Origin: Octopus bimaculoides
Lineage: Eukaryota
DNA: 33,000 nucleotides
Assembly: GCF_001194135.2 (NCBI RefSeq)
Contig: NC_068992.1
Span: 5,799,547 to 5,832,546, forward strand
Direction: 5' to 3'
A model generated the notes under the pieces. It made no database searches. It was not told the origin of the DNA and saw nothing but the letters and a program-made list of their open reading frames with translations. Made by a program: the position numbers and the translations under genes. Below, one piece after another: positions 12,241 through 23,817 of the stretch. Each line of letters begins with the position of its first letter. Within the stretch, counting starts at the first letter, position 1.

Positions 12241-13176
12241 ACGCTGGAACTATCCAGAATAAAAACAAAAAAAAATGGAGGTATTATATTCAGCTGTTAT
12301 TGACACCAAGTGTATGTATTCATTTTATGTACTGGCACATATAACCATATAACTGGACAAACTCAGTTGAACTTTTGTTCTTATGAGACTACATTAAAAG
12401 TCACTACAGTGACATTACAAAATTCACAGCGAATAAATATGGCAGTTAATTTGAAAGTGTATTATGGACATTCTAGAACACAATCAACTTGCATATACCT
12501 TGTACATAGAATACTTTCTTTCATTACTAATGGAGTATATCACTCTTTATCAGGACGTAAAATACGTCAGTGTCATTTAAATAACTAGTAAGATATTTAG
12601 AATACAATTAAATGCCACGAACGTATTTCGTTTTCACATCATTATTAAGAAAATGTTTAAGTTTCTAGTATCTCCGTCAGTAACAATATTTCGCGTACAA
12701 TAGTACTGCTACTTTACAGAAAGTTCAAAAGCCTCTACATTGAAAATGGACTCCATCAAACGTGCATCTATATATCGTACTTAATTCACACTATTTTATG
12801 TAAATACACAAGAGAAATATTGAGCAATTAAACTTTAACTAATTAAAAGTGAGACGCAAAATATCAGTAAGGGAGAAAGAACAGAAACGAGACGAGACGC
12901 CTCCAGAAAATTCGTGGGTAACACCAAAAGTGTAGTGAGTAGTGGAGTATTCTCCTCCTATGACACTTCAATGAGGGCGTAACATTTAGTTCTGCTGTGT
13001 ACGATTGTGTAGGTTGCAATATCATAAGACGTCCCCAATGTCACGTGTTGCTCCATGCATCACACGCTGTTGCTAAGGGACTAGATTATACAATGATGAT
13101 GGTGTGCAAAATAGAAAAACCTTCTATTGGGAGACATCAGCTTACATTGTGACTTCATGTTCTTTTCCTCTCCATA

Positions 13177-13394
13177 AAGCGGCGCGCTTGCTGAAACGTT
13201 AGCACGCCGGGTGAAATTCTTAGCGGTATTTCGTCTGTCTTTACATTCCGAGTTCAAATTCCACCGAGGTCGACTTTGCCTTTCATACTTTCGGGGTCGA
13301 TAAATTAAGCACCAGCTGTGTGCTGTGGTCGATCTAATCTATTAGCCCCTTACCCCCAAAATGTTGTGCCTTGTGCCTAGAGTAGAAAAGATTA
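13177..13394 (+). mobile_element. Full-length tRNA-derived SINE (family 2) with 14-bp TSD
   Basis: B-box GAGTTCAAATTCC (13250-13262); central CTTTCATACTTTCGGGGTCGATAAATTAAGCACCAG resembling the Sauria/Meta-type SINE core; TSD TTTTCCTCTCCATA (13163-13176) / TTTTCTTCTCCATA (13395-13408), 13/14 identical. Confidence 0.9.
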
Positions 13395-13919
13395 TTTTCT
13401 TCTCCATATTACTTTCACCTTTCTAACGTTTTGAGCGATGCCATCGATTAACCCAAGAATTAGTGTAGTCTACCATAACCAACATCCAGTGATAGGAGCT
13501 AATTCCGAGTCAATGAGGATGCTTTGTACTCAATGCCCCTCCTATCCTGACTTCACCCACACACAATTCCACAAATAATGTCGAATTTTTCTAACCAGAA
13601 TAATTGAATCGAGTGAAAATATACTTCCTTGTACGTAGCATCAATAATAGTTACAGTTGTTGAGCCTGTTTGAACTAAATCCGATCGCCATAGTTGGAAC
13701 GTCTTCGATATCTCTTGTAATGATTAACAGAGAGATACTGAGTTTCAGTGAAATTAACTGCAGTAAATACAAATAGACAAAGCTCAGTTCAAGTAAGAAT
13801 TGAACGCTCATTCTGGTTTTACTCAATTGGAGGAACAATTGAACTCTCATCGAAACTTCTTTCACTGTGCACTTCTACTTACTGGATTTTCTAAGTCGAT
13901 ATTATTGATCATTTTTGTG

Positions 13920-13926
13920 TCTGTAT

Positions 13927-13973
<47 letters not shown>

Positions 13974-13992
13974 TGTATGTGTGTGTGTGTGT
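13920..13992. repeat. (TG)n microsatellite
   Basis: Read directly. Confidence 0.95.
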
Positions 13993-14146
13993 TGTGTTTC
14001 ATTTCCTGATTTATACCTAAACCGGGCAATCACTTAGAACTAATAATATCAGGCTTAATTTTTAAATACTCTCAGCATGTAAATACATAATACTACATAA
14101 TTTTACATTAAAAAACTTTTACATTCAAAGTTAATAACAATACTAT

Positions 14147-14210
14147 TCTCTCTCTCTCTATCNNNNNNNNNNTATATATATATATATATATCCCTCTCCC
14201 TCTCTCTCTC
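14147..14210. repeat. (CT)n/(TA)n microsatellite with a 10-N gap (14163-14172)
   Basis: Read directly. Confidence 0.9.
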
Positions 14211-14677
14211 ATTCATTCTTTCTCTCTTCCAGCCCTTATCTCTCAGATGGTGTTTACCATATTCTTGATATACGGTTGCATGATCAGCGAGGAAAATAAA
14301 ATAAGTATTAAATATTTAATTCGCCTTACTTCCGCTGGTTATCCAGTTCTTTTGCTTTAGAATTTAGCACACAATAAACAGGAACACATCTTTAACGAAT
14401 TATTTTAATATCAAATGTAAAAATAAGTCATTCTGAAAGTGGTCGCTTTTCATTAAACTGATCTTGCGTAATATTTTACAGTTTCTCGTCTAAGACTATA
14501 ACGTTTATTTGGACGAGTTTATTACTGGTTGTCTCAGTTTTTAATTAAGTATTTGAAAATCATTACTTTTCGCTTCTAAGTAGCAACCATGTAAGAAATA
14601 AAACTACATTTCAGTGACATATTCCTTTCGAAGCTATGTTTATTGTTGTCACTAAAGCTAAGACGCACGCGACTCAC

Positions 14678-14891
14678 TCCCTATGTCTTATCTCATGGTC
14701 AACCATATTGTGGAGCAAATCAGTTCTCTCATCAATCATGTTAATCTCTTTTTGTCTCCAGAAAGTGCCTCTGGAATTTCTTCCGTACTCCAGTGAGCTG
14801 TTATAACGTACTTCCTCATCAACTGAAATCGAGCGGGCCTCTTGTTCAAGGTATTCTCGGCGAGACGAACACAACTTTCTAAACATATGTA
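14678..14891 (-). CDS. Internal exon (HMFRKLCSSRREYLEQEARSISVDEEVRYNSSLEYGRNSRGTFWRQKEINMIDERTDLLHNMVDHEIRHR)
   Basis: 70 open codons with protein-like composition, GC-elevated, consensus donor GTGAGT at 14677-14672; the second AG of TAGCTAG gives the phase-1 start matching exon 15052-15122. Confidence 0.6.
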
Positions 14892-15051
14892 CTAGCTAGA
14901 AGTATAAGTTCTAATATTTCCTTTTTCTTTATTTTTAAAGACGTTAGACTATAATTGTAGGAAGAAATGGCTATTATTTGTATCAAATCTAGCTACCGCT
15001 CATATACAGACCACTTTGTTTGCCACTGCTTATGCATCACCATCCACTTAC

Positions 15052-15122
15052 ATGCATGTAATATACACTGCAAAGTCATCGATCTCAACGGTGTCAGAGG
15101 GACAGTAGTTCCTTGTTCACAC
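15052..15122 (-). CDS. Internal exon (CEQGTTVPLTPLRSMTLQCILHA)
   Basis: Acceptor tattttcatggtttag, consensus donor GTAAGT, only one frame open, 160-bp intron to the next exon. Confidence 0.55.
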
Positions 15123-16277
15123 CTAAACCATGAAAATATATCTAGTTATAACAGAGTTGCTCAAGCAATTTCTTCGCGAAAACACAAAATTAATCCTGAC
15201 ATGAAGATTATTGCACAATAAGATGAATTATAGAAATCCAGATATAGATGTCCTATTCTATAATTTTACAGTTGAATCATTCCATGCAATAATGTTCATT
15301 TTACCTATAAATTTATTTCTTAAGTAGATGATGAAGTGTATCAGAATGGGAATGTTTAAAAAAAAATTACGGTTTTTTTACATTCCTTAAATGTCTCCCT
15401 GTCATCAGTTGCATCACTTCTAAAAGGATTGATTTATTTCAGTTTTCTTTCTTTCAGAAAGGAAATAAAAAGGAAATTAATTTTTCTTTTTTTAATATTT
15501 AGCTGTTTTCTGATTTTTTTAATCTCCAGATTACTAGGAGCGGCTTGAAGAAACAGCTTAATGTTGAATGCCAAAGCTGCCATGTTTTCAATATTATTGA
15601 GTATTTTTATAATCCATAGAGATCAAAGAAAAAATGTTCAAATGAATAGCGCGTGAAATCATCGATTAATTATTTCAAAGGTATAATTCTTCATCAAGGT
15701 TTGACGAAGTTTAACTCGGTTACATAAATAAGTTGGAGTGGGGATACAAGCATAATCCCACTGCAAAACTGGGTGCTAGCTATGTGCACTGAATTGTGTA
15801 GTGTGCATTTGTAATCTTCTAGTATTAATATAAAACCAGTACTAATGAGTTAATATTCAAAATATTTAAATTAAGTATTTAAGAATGCGTTGGATGAGGT
15901 TGTATGCAGGGAAATAGGATGCTATTAATATTGTGGCTAAATTTTGCACGCTTTATTCGTGAATGTTATGTACCAGTTGACAATGAGGGCTAACAAGGCA
16001 ACAAACATTAAACTAAAACATGATGGTATGAACTTATACAATCCAAATAGCAGTATGGTACGCCCTAATTTTAACTGAATCACTAACTTTTAAAACAGAA
16101 ATCAAGAAAAGAATATTTCAGTTTCTAATATGACCAGTTATTCAAACATGTCCTACAAAGGCAATTAAGTTTGTTAGGGGACATATATGCTAATAATCAA
16201 TGTTAATTTTACATTTCAATGGGTTTTAGGAAAAGTGAATTCTGAAATAAATAGAGAAATAGCTAAACATTAATGTC

Positions 16278-16751
16278 TTCCAACATGCCATTCTGAATGA
16301 CATAATTAGAAGGGCTGATGCAGCTGACTTCCAGTCGCCACTGGGGCAACTAGATTGTCCGCGTGTCAATGGTAAGCATCGTTACTGAATAAATTTCTTT
16401 CCATACGTTGGAGGTGAATTCCTAATCTGGGACACGCATTACTATGATACATTTTTTTGCAGATCTAATCTTACTACATCGGCTGCAGTCATAGGTATTG
16501 CAGTACGTAACGCAGGGGAGATGAAGACAGAGAAATATGGGAGTCTGACCAGTCGCGATCAGTTTGTGTCAACCTCTGTCGAGATCTCATGTGTTCTCAG
16601 ATCCCGTATTACTGATTCCTTCCGCAAAATCGGGATAATTGCGGTCCGTCGGAGAAATGCGGCTCGCGATGTAGGGTGACTTTTTCAGTGAGCGCACCTG
16701 CCCTTTCTCCGCAGCAGCGCCCCTGTAATCCTGACCACGTGGCACAACTGA
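16278..16751 (+). mobile_element. Decayed 3' fragment of a CRE-clade non-LTR retrotransposon (C-terminal REL endonuclease region)
   Basis: One frame, three internal TGA (16386, 16677, 16689): FQHAILNDIIRRADAADFQSPLGQLDCPRVNGKHRY*INFFPYVGGEFLIWDTHYYDTFFCRSNLTTSAAVIGIAVRNAGEMKTEKYGSLTSRDQFVSTSVEISCVLRSRITDSFRKIGIIAVRRR...*LFQ*AHLPFLRSSAPVIL. It matches the CRE motif order H..LNDII.RA / G.RPDG / L.WD.T..DT / K..KY / F.P..VET.G / LFQR.S..I.R.NA (recognised by eye). Confidence 0.75.
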
Positions 16752-16974
16752 TATTTTATTTGGTCTGTGTTGTACAACCTGTAAATCTACCCCACCCCAT
16801 CCTCTGCTGCATATTACTCCCTTTCGTTTTCTCTTTTGATGAAGTTTTATGTTTTTTCTCGATTATTTGATTTTTATATCTTTATAATTCGTAAAGTAAA
16901 CAATCACACTATATATTCATTGTTCACTTCGGATTTATTTTATTAACCGGTTTTCTTTTGTGTTCAATGTCTAC

Positions 16975-17056
16975 AGTTCTTTTGTCACATATTCTGTGTC
17001 TTCTTCGTTAACTTCTGTCCCATCTGTGCATTCTTGCCTACTCATTTCATTTTGTC
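16975..17056 (-). CDS. Candidate exon (QNEMSRQECTDGTEVNEEDTEYVTKE)
   Basis: Acceptor atctttcctcaaag, weak donor GTAGAC; phase 1 to 2 bridges exons 17406-17461 and 15052-15122. Confidence 0.3.
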
Positions 17057-17405
17057 CTTTGAGGAAAGATCTTCAAACATAGAACATAAAATACCAATGA
17101 TGGTACAATAAAAGTGAAGTGAAAAAGGAATATACAGTGCGTGTGTTTATTTGACAATAAAAATTGACCTTCCCGAAATAAAACAATATCTGTTTCAACA
17201 GACAATTTCACAACAGGAATATTTTTCGTACGGAAAAATTATGTTGGTAAATAAAGCCCTGTTTTCATGCCAAGTAACAAATGAAACGAAAACGAAGTCA
17301 ATGAATATCTAAGAATATATCCCACAAAAGGTATAAAAGTGGTGGAATAGTGTTCTACTCATGGAAACGGTTGTCGCATAATGGAGAGTGCCCTCTAATG
17401 CTTAC

Positions 17406-17461
17406 GCTTCACCAGTGACCCAACACGATAGAATATGATGATGCTATCACTCTTCTCCTTA
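17406..17461 (-). CDS. Candidate exon (KEKSDSIIIFYRVGSLVK)
   Basis: Strong acceptor aattttatctttatag and donor GTAAGC, one open frame, phase 2 to 1. Confidence 0.45.
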
Positions 17462-17661
17462 CTATAAAGATAAAATTAATCTTAAACATTTAAACCATTA
17501 TCAGTTTTGAAATAATTAGGTTTTGAAAATATTTACTCATTTGTTTCAATATCGTTAATATTGGTGATGAGAGGCATCTCCAGTTTATGATACAAATTTG
17601 TCTTAGATAATTAAAGTAAAGGAATACCGTTAGAAAACTTTTGGGTAAATAAAGCTTTTAG

Positions 17662-17677
17662 ATGCGCGTGTGTGTGT

Positions 17678-17711
<34 letters not shown>

Positions 17712-18500
17712 NNNNNNNNNNNNNNNNNNNNNNNNNNNNNNNNNNNNNNNNNNNNNNNNNNNNNNNNNNNNNNNNNNNNNNNNNNNNNNNNNNNNNNNNN
17801 NNNNNNNNNNNNNNNNNNNNNNNNNNNNNNNNNNNNNNNNNNNNNNNNNNNNNNNNNNNNNNNNNNNNNNNNNNNNNNNNNNNNNNNNNNNNNNNNNNNN
17901 NNNNNNNNNNNNNNNNNNNNNNNNNNNNNNNNNNNNNNNNNNNNNNNNNNNNNNNNNNNNNNNNNNNNNNNNNNNNNNNNNNNNNNNNNNNNNNNNNNNN
18001 NNNNNNNNNNNNNNNNNNNNNNNNNNNNNNNNNNNNNNNNNNNNNNNNNNNNNNNNNNNNNNNNNNNNNNNNNNNNNNNNNNNNNNNNNNNNNNNNNNNN
18101 NNNNNNNNNNNNNNNNNNNNNNNNNNNNNNNNNNNNNNNNNNNNNNNNNNNNNNNNNNNNNNNNNNNNNNNNNNNNNNNNNNNNNNNNNNNNNNNNNNNN
18201 NNNNNNNNNNNNNNNNNNNNNNNNNNNNNNNNNNNNNNNNNNNNNNNNNNNNNNNNNNNNNNNNNNNNNNNNNNNNNNNNNNNNNNNNNNNNNNNNNNNN
18301 NNNNNNNNNNNNNNNNNNNNNNNNNNNNNNNNNNNNNNNNNNNNNNNNNNNNNNNNNNNNNNNNNNNNNNTATATATATATGTATATATATATATACTCC
18401 ATATTTTTATGTGTAGGTATTATGCGTCTCTTCATGGATGTACATATATACATACTTACATACACACATACAAACACAAACACACACACATATACATACG

Positions 18501-18544
<44 letters not shown>

Positions 18545-18642
18545 CATACATACATACATATATATATGTACATATATATATACATATATATATATATGTA
18601 TATATATGTATACATATATGTACATATATATATATATATATA
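17662..18642. repeat. Long (TA)n/(TACA)n microsatellite containing a 659-N gap (17712-18370)
   Basis: Read directly. Confidence 0.97.
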
Positions 18643-19169
18643 ATCCAATGCTTATTTTATTTTGTTTTGTTGATATGAGAGAATATTACTAATAACAAAA
18701 ACAAAAATATCAACAAAAATAACAGATAAAATATTGAATATTTTCCAATGGCAGCAAGAAACATAACCATAATATAATTATATATTTCTCAGAGAAGAGA
18801 AAACAACATTTGGGTATGACATAGTATTTGTAGAATGTTTCTGACAATTCAAAGAACTTGGCACTGGGCGGGCGAGATCTATGTCAAACTCTTAACATCA
18901 AGCAATAAATAATTGATTCCTCTTAGCCTTTGAAGAAAACAGAACAAGCTAGTTCAGCACATGTTTAATTGATAGGTTCAGTCATTTTTACTATTTCCTA
19001 TCAGAAAGTTGGAAATATATGACAAGCAACACAAAATTATTCTAGAAAACATGTTTTCTGGCATAATTCTTTTCTTGTGATGCAAGTCAAAATGGTGATG
19101 CTTTGTTTTGTTAGGTCGCTCATGGTATATTTATTTGCTTGATTTTACTTCCAAAATTCTGGTTACATA

Positions 19170-19341
19170 TACATACACATATAAACAGACATACACACAC
19201 AGAAATACGTATAGACACACAGAGACACTGATAAAACTTTGTTGTCAGCTGTGCATGTAAGCACGCACACTTGTGTATGTGTCTATGCGTGTGTGTATGT
19301 GTTTGTTGTATTTGTGTGTGTGTGAGTGTGTTTGCATGTAC

Positions 19342-19375
<34 letters not shown>

Positions 19376-19420
19376 TTGTGTGTGTATGTGTGTGTGTATG
19401 TGTGTGTGTGTGTATGTGTT
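19170..19420. repeat. Degenerate (CA)n/(TG)n tract
   Basis: Read directly; boundaries approximate. Confidence 0.9.
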
Positions 19421-20178
19421 CGCGCGCCGATGTCTTCATTTCTTTTCCGTACATATTGATGCAATAAAATATCTCTGTCATGTTCAACATAATCAGCCTT
19501 CTCTGACGTCTACATATATTAAGTTATATTTCCACATGTTTGGCTACAATTATAAACATACATAATTTTTATTTACTCAAACTTTTTATCTTTCATGTCT
19601 ACGAAATAAAAAAATAAATGCGTGATATGGAATAGTCTTAGTGACATTGTTGTGCTCCAGATCCGCTACAGACCAACTATACCAAGCAGGTCCATCACCA
19701 AAATGGGTCCGGGCTATGAATTCATTCAGAATACTATCAGATTCCGTGGTGTAGCTTATCAGACGAGCGGTATGAGTTAACGCATAATTGGATGATCACA
19801 ATTGTAGGTCAATCATCAAAGAGCCATAGTTCGTAGCCACTGTCTGTTTGTCTTTGTGGGTTCATGGTATTACTAAACACAGCTAGATATGGCAGAGTGT
19901 ATTTTTACGTAGAGAGTATTGGTTAAAATAATATGCAATATTTAAATTACATCTGACTTACCTACTGCCAATTTGAGTAACAATTTCTCAATTACGAAGT
20001 GGTTTCTTGTTCAACCCCACTACAAAGGAACCTAGGGTAAGTTTCAATTACATGCTACTCGATTACATGTCATCTGTTGGTGTTCATACATTAATTAGAA
20101 AGCATTTTTTCTTCGTGATCTCTGACAACTACATCCGGCATATTCTCCCCTAATTTCTCTATGTGTGTGTATTGGCAT

Positions 20179-20206
20179 ATATTATTATTATTATTATTAT
20201 TATTAC

Positions 20207-20257
<51 letters not shown>
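20179..20257. repeat. (TTA)n microsatellite
   Basis: Near-perfect run with one CTA interruption. Confidence 0.97.
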
Positions 20258-20259
20258 CA

Positions 20260-20413
20260 TTCTGTCTTTACGTTCTGATTTTAAATTCACGCCGAGGTCG
20301 ACTTTGCATTTCATCCTTTCGGCGTCGATAAATTAAGTACCATTGAAACACTGGGGTCGATACTATCGACTAGTCACTTCTCCAAAACGTCAGGCCTTGT
20401 GTCTTTAGTTGAA
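20260..20413 (+). mobile_element. 5'-truncated SINE family 2 copy
   Basis: GCCGAGGTCGACTTTGCATTTCATCCTTTCGGCGTCGATAAATTAAGTACC...CTGGGGTCGAT...GGCCTTGTG is clearly homologous to 13177-13394; no A-box head. Confidence 0.85.

Positions 20414-20490
<77 letters not shown>
20414..20490. repeat. (ATT)n microsatellite, expanded SINE tail
   Basis: Perfect run directly after the SINE 3' end; the 13177 copy also ends in ATTATT. Confidence 0.95.
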
Positions 20491-20693
20491 CCTTATTACT
20501 GTTATTGTTATTGTATTTATATACTCATAAAACCTAGGCCACATGAAAACAAACCTATGTTATAAAAAAGTGAACTGCCCGCTAGCAAATATGCATAAAA
20601 ATGTTAAAAAGTTATCAACACTAAGAATAATGGTGCACCATTTTGCAAATTCTTATGTAACTATTTACCCGAATATTCAATGCCTTTACTTAC

Positions 20694-20739
20694 TGATTTG
20701 GCTGATTCTCAATTCAGTTTTTCCAACAACAAAGGGAAT
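20694..20739 (-). CDS. Small exon (IPFVVGKTELRISQI)
   Basis: Strong acceptor ttttttctttttag, consensus donor GTAAGT, one open frame, phase 0 to 1. The phase 1-to-2 exon required before 17461 is not securely found. Confidence 0.5.
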
Positions 20740-21094
20740 CTAAAAAGAAAAAATTCTTTTCTATGTATTGTATGTACTGATGACCTTTAGTTCAAAATGT
20801 CAGTCACTATGAGAGTCTAAGCTTGGATGCATGTAAAAATTTCTCTGATCATATAATTATTCAACATTGCATCAACTATTGCGAGCTAACGGAGAAATTT
20901 CTAAGTGGTCATTCAAGCAACTAGAAAGAATAGCCAAATCTTTCCTCGTGACACACAAACGTTATATAAGACATTTGAAGATGTGGCTATGAACACTAAA
21001 TATAGGGGTATGAAGAATACAACACTTTATAACAGGATACGTGAAGACAGTCACCTAAAGTGAAACAGACTTCCAAACACAAACACACACATAC

Positions 21095-21264
21095 AAAATA
21101 AATGGAACAACTTTCTTCAGGGTCCAGGGAACGTTTTATGGTCTCTTTAATTGTGAAACACGGAAAATCAACTGCGGAAACAGCCTTTATAAAGGTGATA
21201 GATGTATGATAGCCATGACAATCACTTTGGTTAGAGCGTGTGCTTTCCTTAAGATTTTTGATAT
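21095..21264 (-). CDS. Candidate exon (IKNLKESTRSNQSDCHGYHTSITFIKAVSAVDFPCFTIKETIKRSLDPEESCSIYF)
   Basis: Acceptor catttcttacaattcag, donor GTATGT, 170 bp open, phase 1 to 0 matching the 20739 exon. Confidence 0.45.
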
Positions 21265-22199
21265 CTGAATTGTAAGAAATGTGGTTGCTGTTCCTAGCTA
21301 TTTGTACCACTTACTATATTCTCGTTACGTAACGTTCATACTGGCATTGCATAGGTTTATGATCTACCAGAAATAGTTGCAATATAATCTAAAGATTATT
21401 ACCATTTAACGGAATGTCCCATTATCTAATGTATAAGTATACCATCCAAGCTGAATTTATCTGATTCGATTTGACTTGCGTCTGAGGGGATCGTAGTAGA
21501 CATGTTACACTGTGTGCACCGCAAAATTCTACGGAAAAATAAATCAAAACTAAAAAAATCCATTCTTACACATTTAATAGTTATTCGTATAATATTTAAT
21601 GGTCAAAATGCATTTCCTCCTATTATTACCATCAACATTAGAGAACCCGTAGAAAACATCTACATGCTCATTCCCATTCAGATGCTTATAGGTGTATAAG
21701 CATCTGAACACTGATCTAAAATTGCTGGCTTTGTGCCAAAATTTGAAACGACAATTATCTAGGGTTATTTGTATTAAGGTCTAGTTTCATTTTAAGGATA
21801 ATAGTCAATTCTTTGCAAGTGAGTTGGTCGTTACTTTTTACAGGTCAAGAGATCACGGAGATGTGTGTTGATATGGTGGACGCAAGTGGGTATTGGATGT
21901 CAACGTTTGAACATGATCATCCCCTTATCTAACTATATCAGTTTCAAGGAAACGAAATTCCATGACAGTTATGGATTTCATTGCAGAGCAGATCAGATAA
22001 AAATTGAAATAATCTTCATAAATTCAAAAGTATGCAATAGTAATTCAAGCAGCTAGAGATAAGGCGATATTACAGGCTGGAGAATATAGATAAAGAGCAG
22101 ATATTTATGTAGTCATGGACACATACACACGCATACAACCGAGAATATATAGAAAATGAACATACAAAATTGTGTGAATCATATGTTTTACAATACAAT

Positions 22200-22288
22200 A
22201 TACATAAACATGTATACACACACACACGCGCACACACGCACACACGCACACACACACATACACACACAAACACAAACACACACACACG

Positions 22289-22353
<65 letters not shown>

Positions 22354-22500
22354 ATGTGTGTGTATATGTATATATGTATCTATATATATATCCATATATA
22401 TATATATGTATATATGCATATATGTGTGTGTCTGTCTCTATGTGTAAATATGCGTGCGTACGTATGTGTGTGTGTGTGTGTGTGTCTCTGCGTGTGTAGA
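22200..22500. repeat. Compound (CA)n/(TA)n/(TG)n microsatellite
   Basis: Read directly; boundaries approximate. Confidence 0.95.
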
Positions 22501-23738
22501 CAAGAACATAAATACATCCAAATAGAAACGAATAACCTGATCTGCGAAACACACAAATGTAGATAAAGGATCCAGTGCTGCTGCATACGATTGTATAAGG
22601 AATTGGTGATTAAGATAGAGCAGAGAGTCAAAAGAAAGCGCAGCCTTTAGTCCACAGTTTTCAATATTTGCAGAAATCGAAATTCATGCACAGATTCGCC
22701 ATTTGTTTTTATGTATCAGCCTGAAGTAATAAAGATTGCTTTTCTATATTCATTTACATAAACGCCTGCATATGTATGTAATAATTTACATAGAGATAAA
22801 ATGCTTCGAAACTAAAATGCATACACTTATACACAAATGCATACTCAATGATGCACATACATGCACACATACATACTCACACATATGTACATAGGTGTGC
22901 CCACATACACACTGACACTTTCACACACATCTATATAAACATATACATATAAATATATATAACATTCAACATATATCTTTATTTGTTGTTATTCTCCTTA
23001 TGTCATCAAATGTATTTATAGAATGTAGTTAATTATTCACTGACCCTCATCGGTCAGTTTGCTCTTTTACCCATAACAGACCATTGTTCGGTGATGGTGT
23101 CATTGCGTAATTTAGAAGGTCGTTTTGATTCTTTCTTGTTTTTTTTTTGTTTTTTTTTTGTTAATCACAGGTTTCACATCTTTATTTGTGAGACTTGTTT
23201 GCTTAATATTTATTGATATCAGTATTTACGTTTTTTCTATGTTATTTAAAAGAGGTTTTACTGAGTCCTTTTGTAAAGTGGTACATACTTTGGTTACACA
23301 GGTTTTCACCTATTTATGTTGTTCCTCATTCACTTCTGAAACCCATTTTCTTTAGTTTCCCGTATTTAATCATTAGTTTTATCAGAAGACTGCTTAAAGT
23401 GGAACGGTTTTGATAGATTTAGTTTTGAGGGATTTCTTTAAAGCAATAATGTAAATATTCACTTAAAGTAATTTCTTGTTACCTATAAATATTGTGTTTG
23501 TTTCTTAAGATAAATTTCCTTTGCCCAATGTAATAGTCTTTCCATAGATTTTATTCGAAAACAAATTTCATGACGAACAGGTGATCGACTTTTTGAAATA
23601 AAGATATCTCCTTATTTGAATTTATAAGACGTGAGTTCTCAAAGATTGATGCAGGTTCTTCAGCTGAAATAACCAGAGTTTTCACAATTGGAGAACATTT
23701 ATTCAATCTTACATTTGTTGGGCTAAATTTTCTCTTAC

Positions 23739-23817
23739 CTGTAATTGGTTTATCTTTCTTTTCCTCCTCAAATACGAATTTTGTTAGACATAATTCAACA
23801 GAAATGAGATATATCGA
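23739..23817 (-). CDS. Candidate exon (SIYLISVELCLTKFVFEEEKKDKPIT)
   Basis: Strong donor CAG|GTAAGA, acceptor cttctcttggctacaag; phase-1 end fits the 21264 exon. Confidence 0.3.

Noticed and set aside
13600-14400. Extra minus-strand exon candidates near 13.65-13.72 kb and 14.33-14.39 kb
   Set aside because: Several incompatible frames and boundaries; not required for the chain.
16372-16462. Apparent plus-strand intron GTAAGC...tttttttgcag
   Set aside because: Lies inside the continuous CRE coding frame, and splicing it leads to a stop after 10 codons.
17662-18692. Long ORFs (248-338 aa) and the many HT/YI/CV-rich ORFs at 1.8-2.5, 19.1-19.6, 22.0-22.6, 27.0-28.0 and 30.5-31.9 kb
   Set aside because: Translations of dinucleotide microsatellites and N gaps, which contain no stops; not genes.
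21323-21334. 12-bp palindrome CGTTACGTAACG (contains a TTACGTAA PAR-bZIP site)
   Set aside because: Isolated; a palindrome of this length is not surprising in 33 kb.
21315-21388. Minus-strand segment with a consensus GTAAGT donor (IILQLFLVDHKPMQCQYERYVTRI)
   Set aside because: Ends in phase 2, incompatible with the adjacent 21264 exon, and would need a ~50-bp intron.
10721-21889. Plus-strand exon-like segments 10721-10761, 15530-15600 and 21844-21889 as a nested antisense gene
   Set aside because: Each is under 75 bp, the phases do not all chain, and the product is not recognisable; expected by chance.
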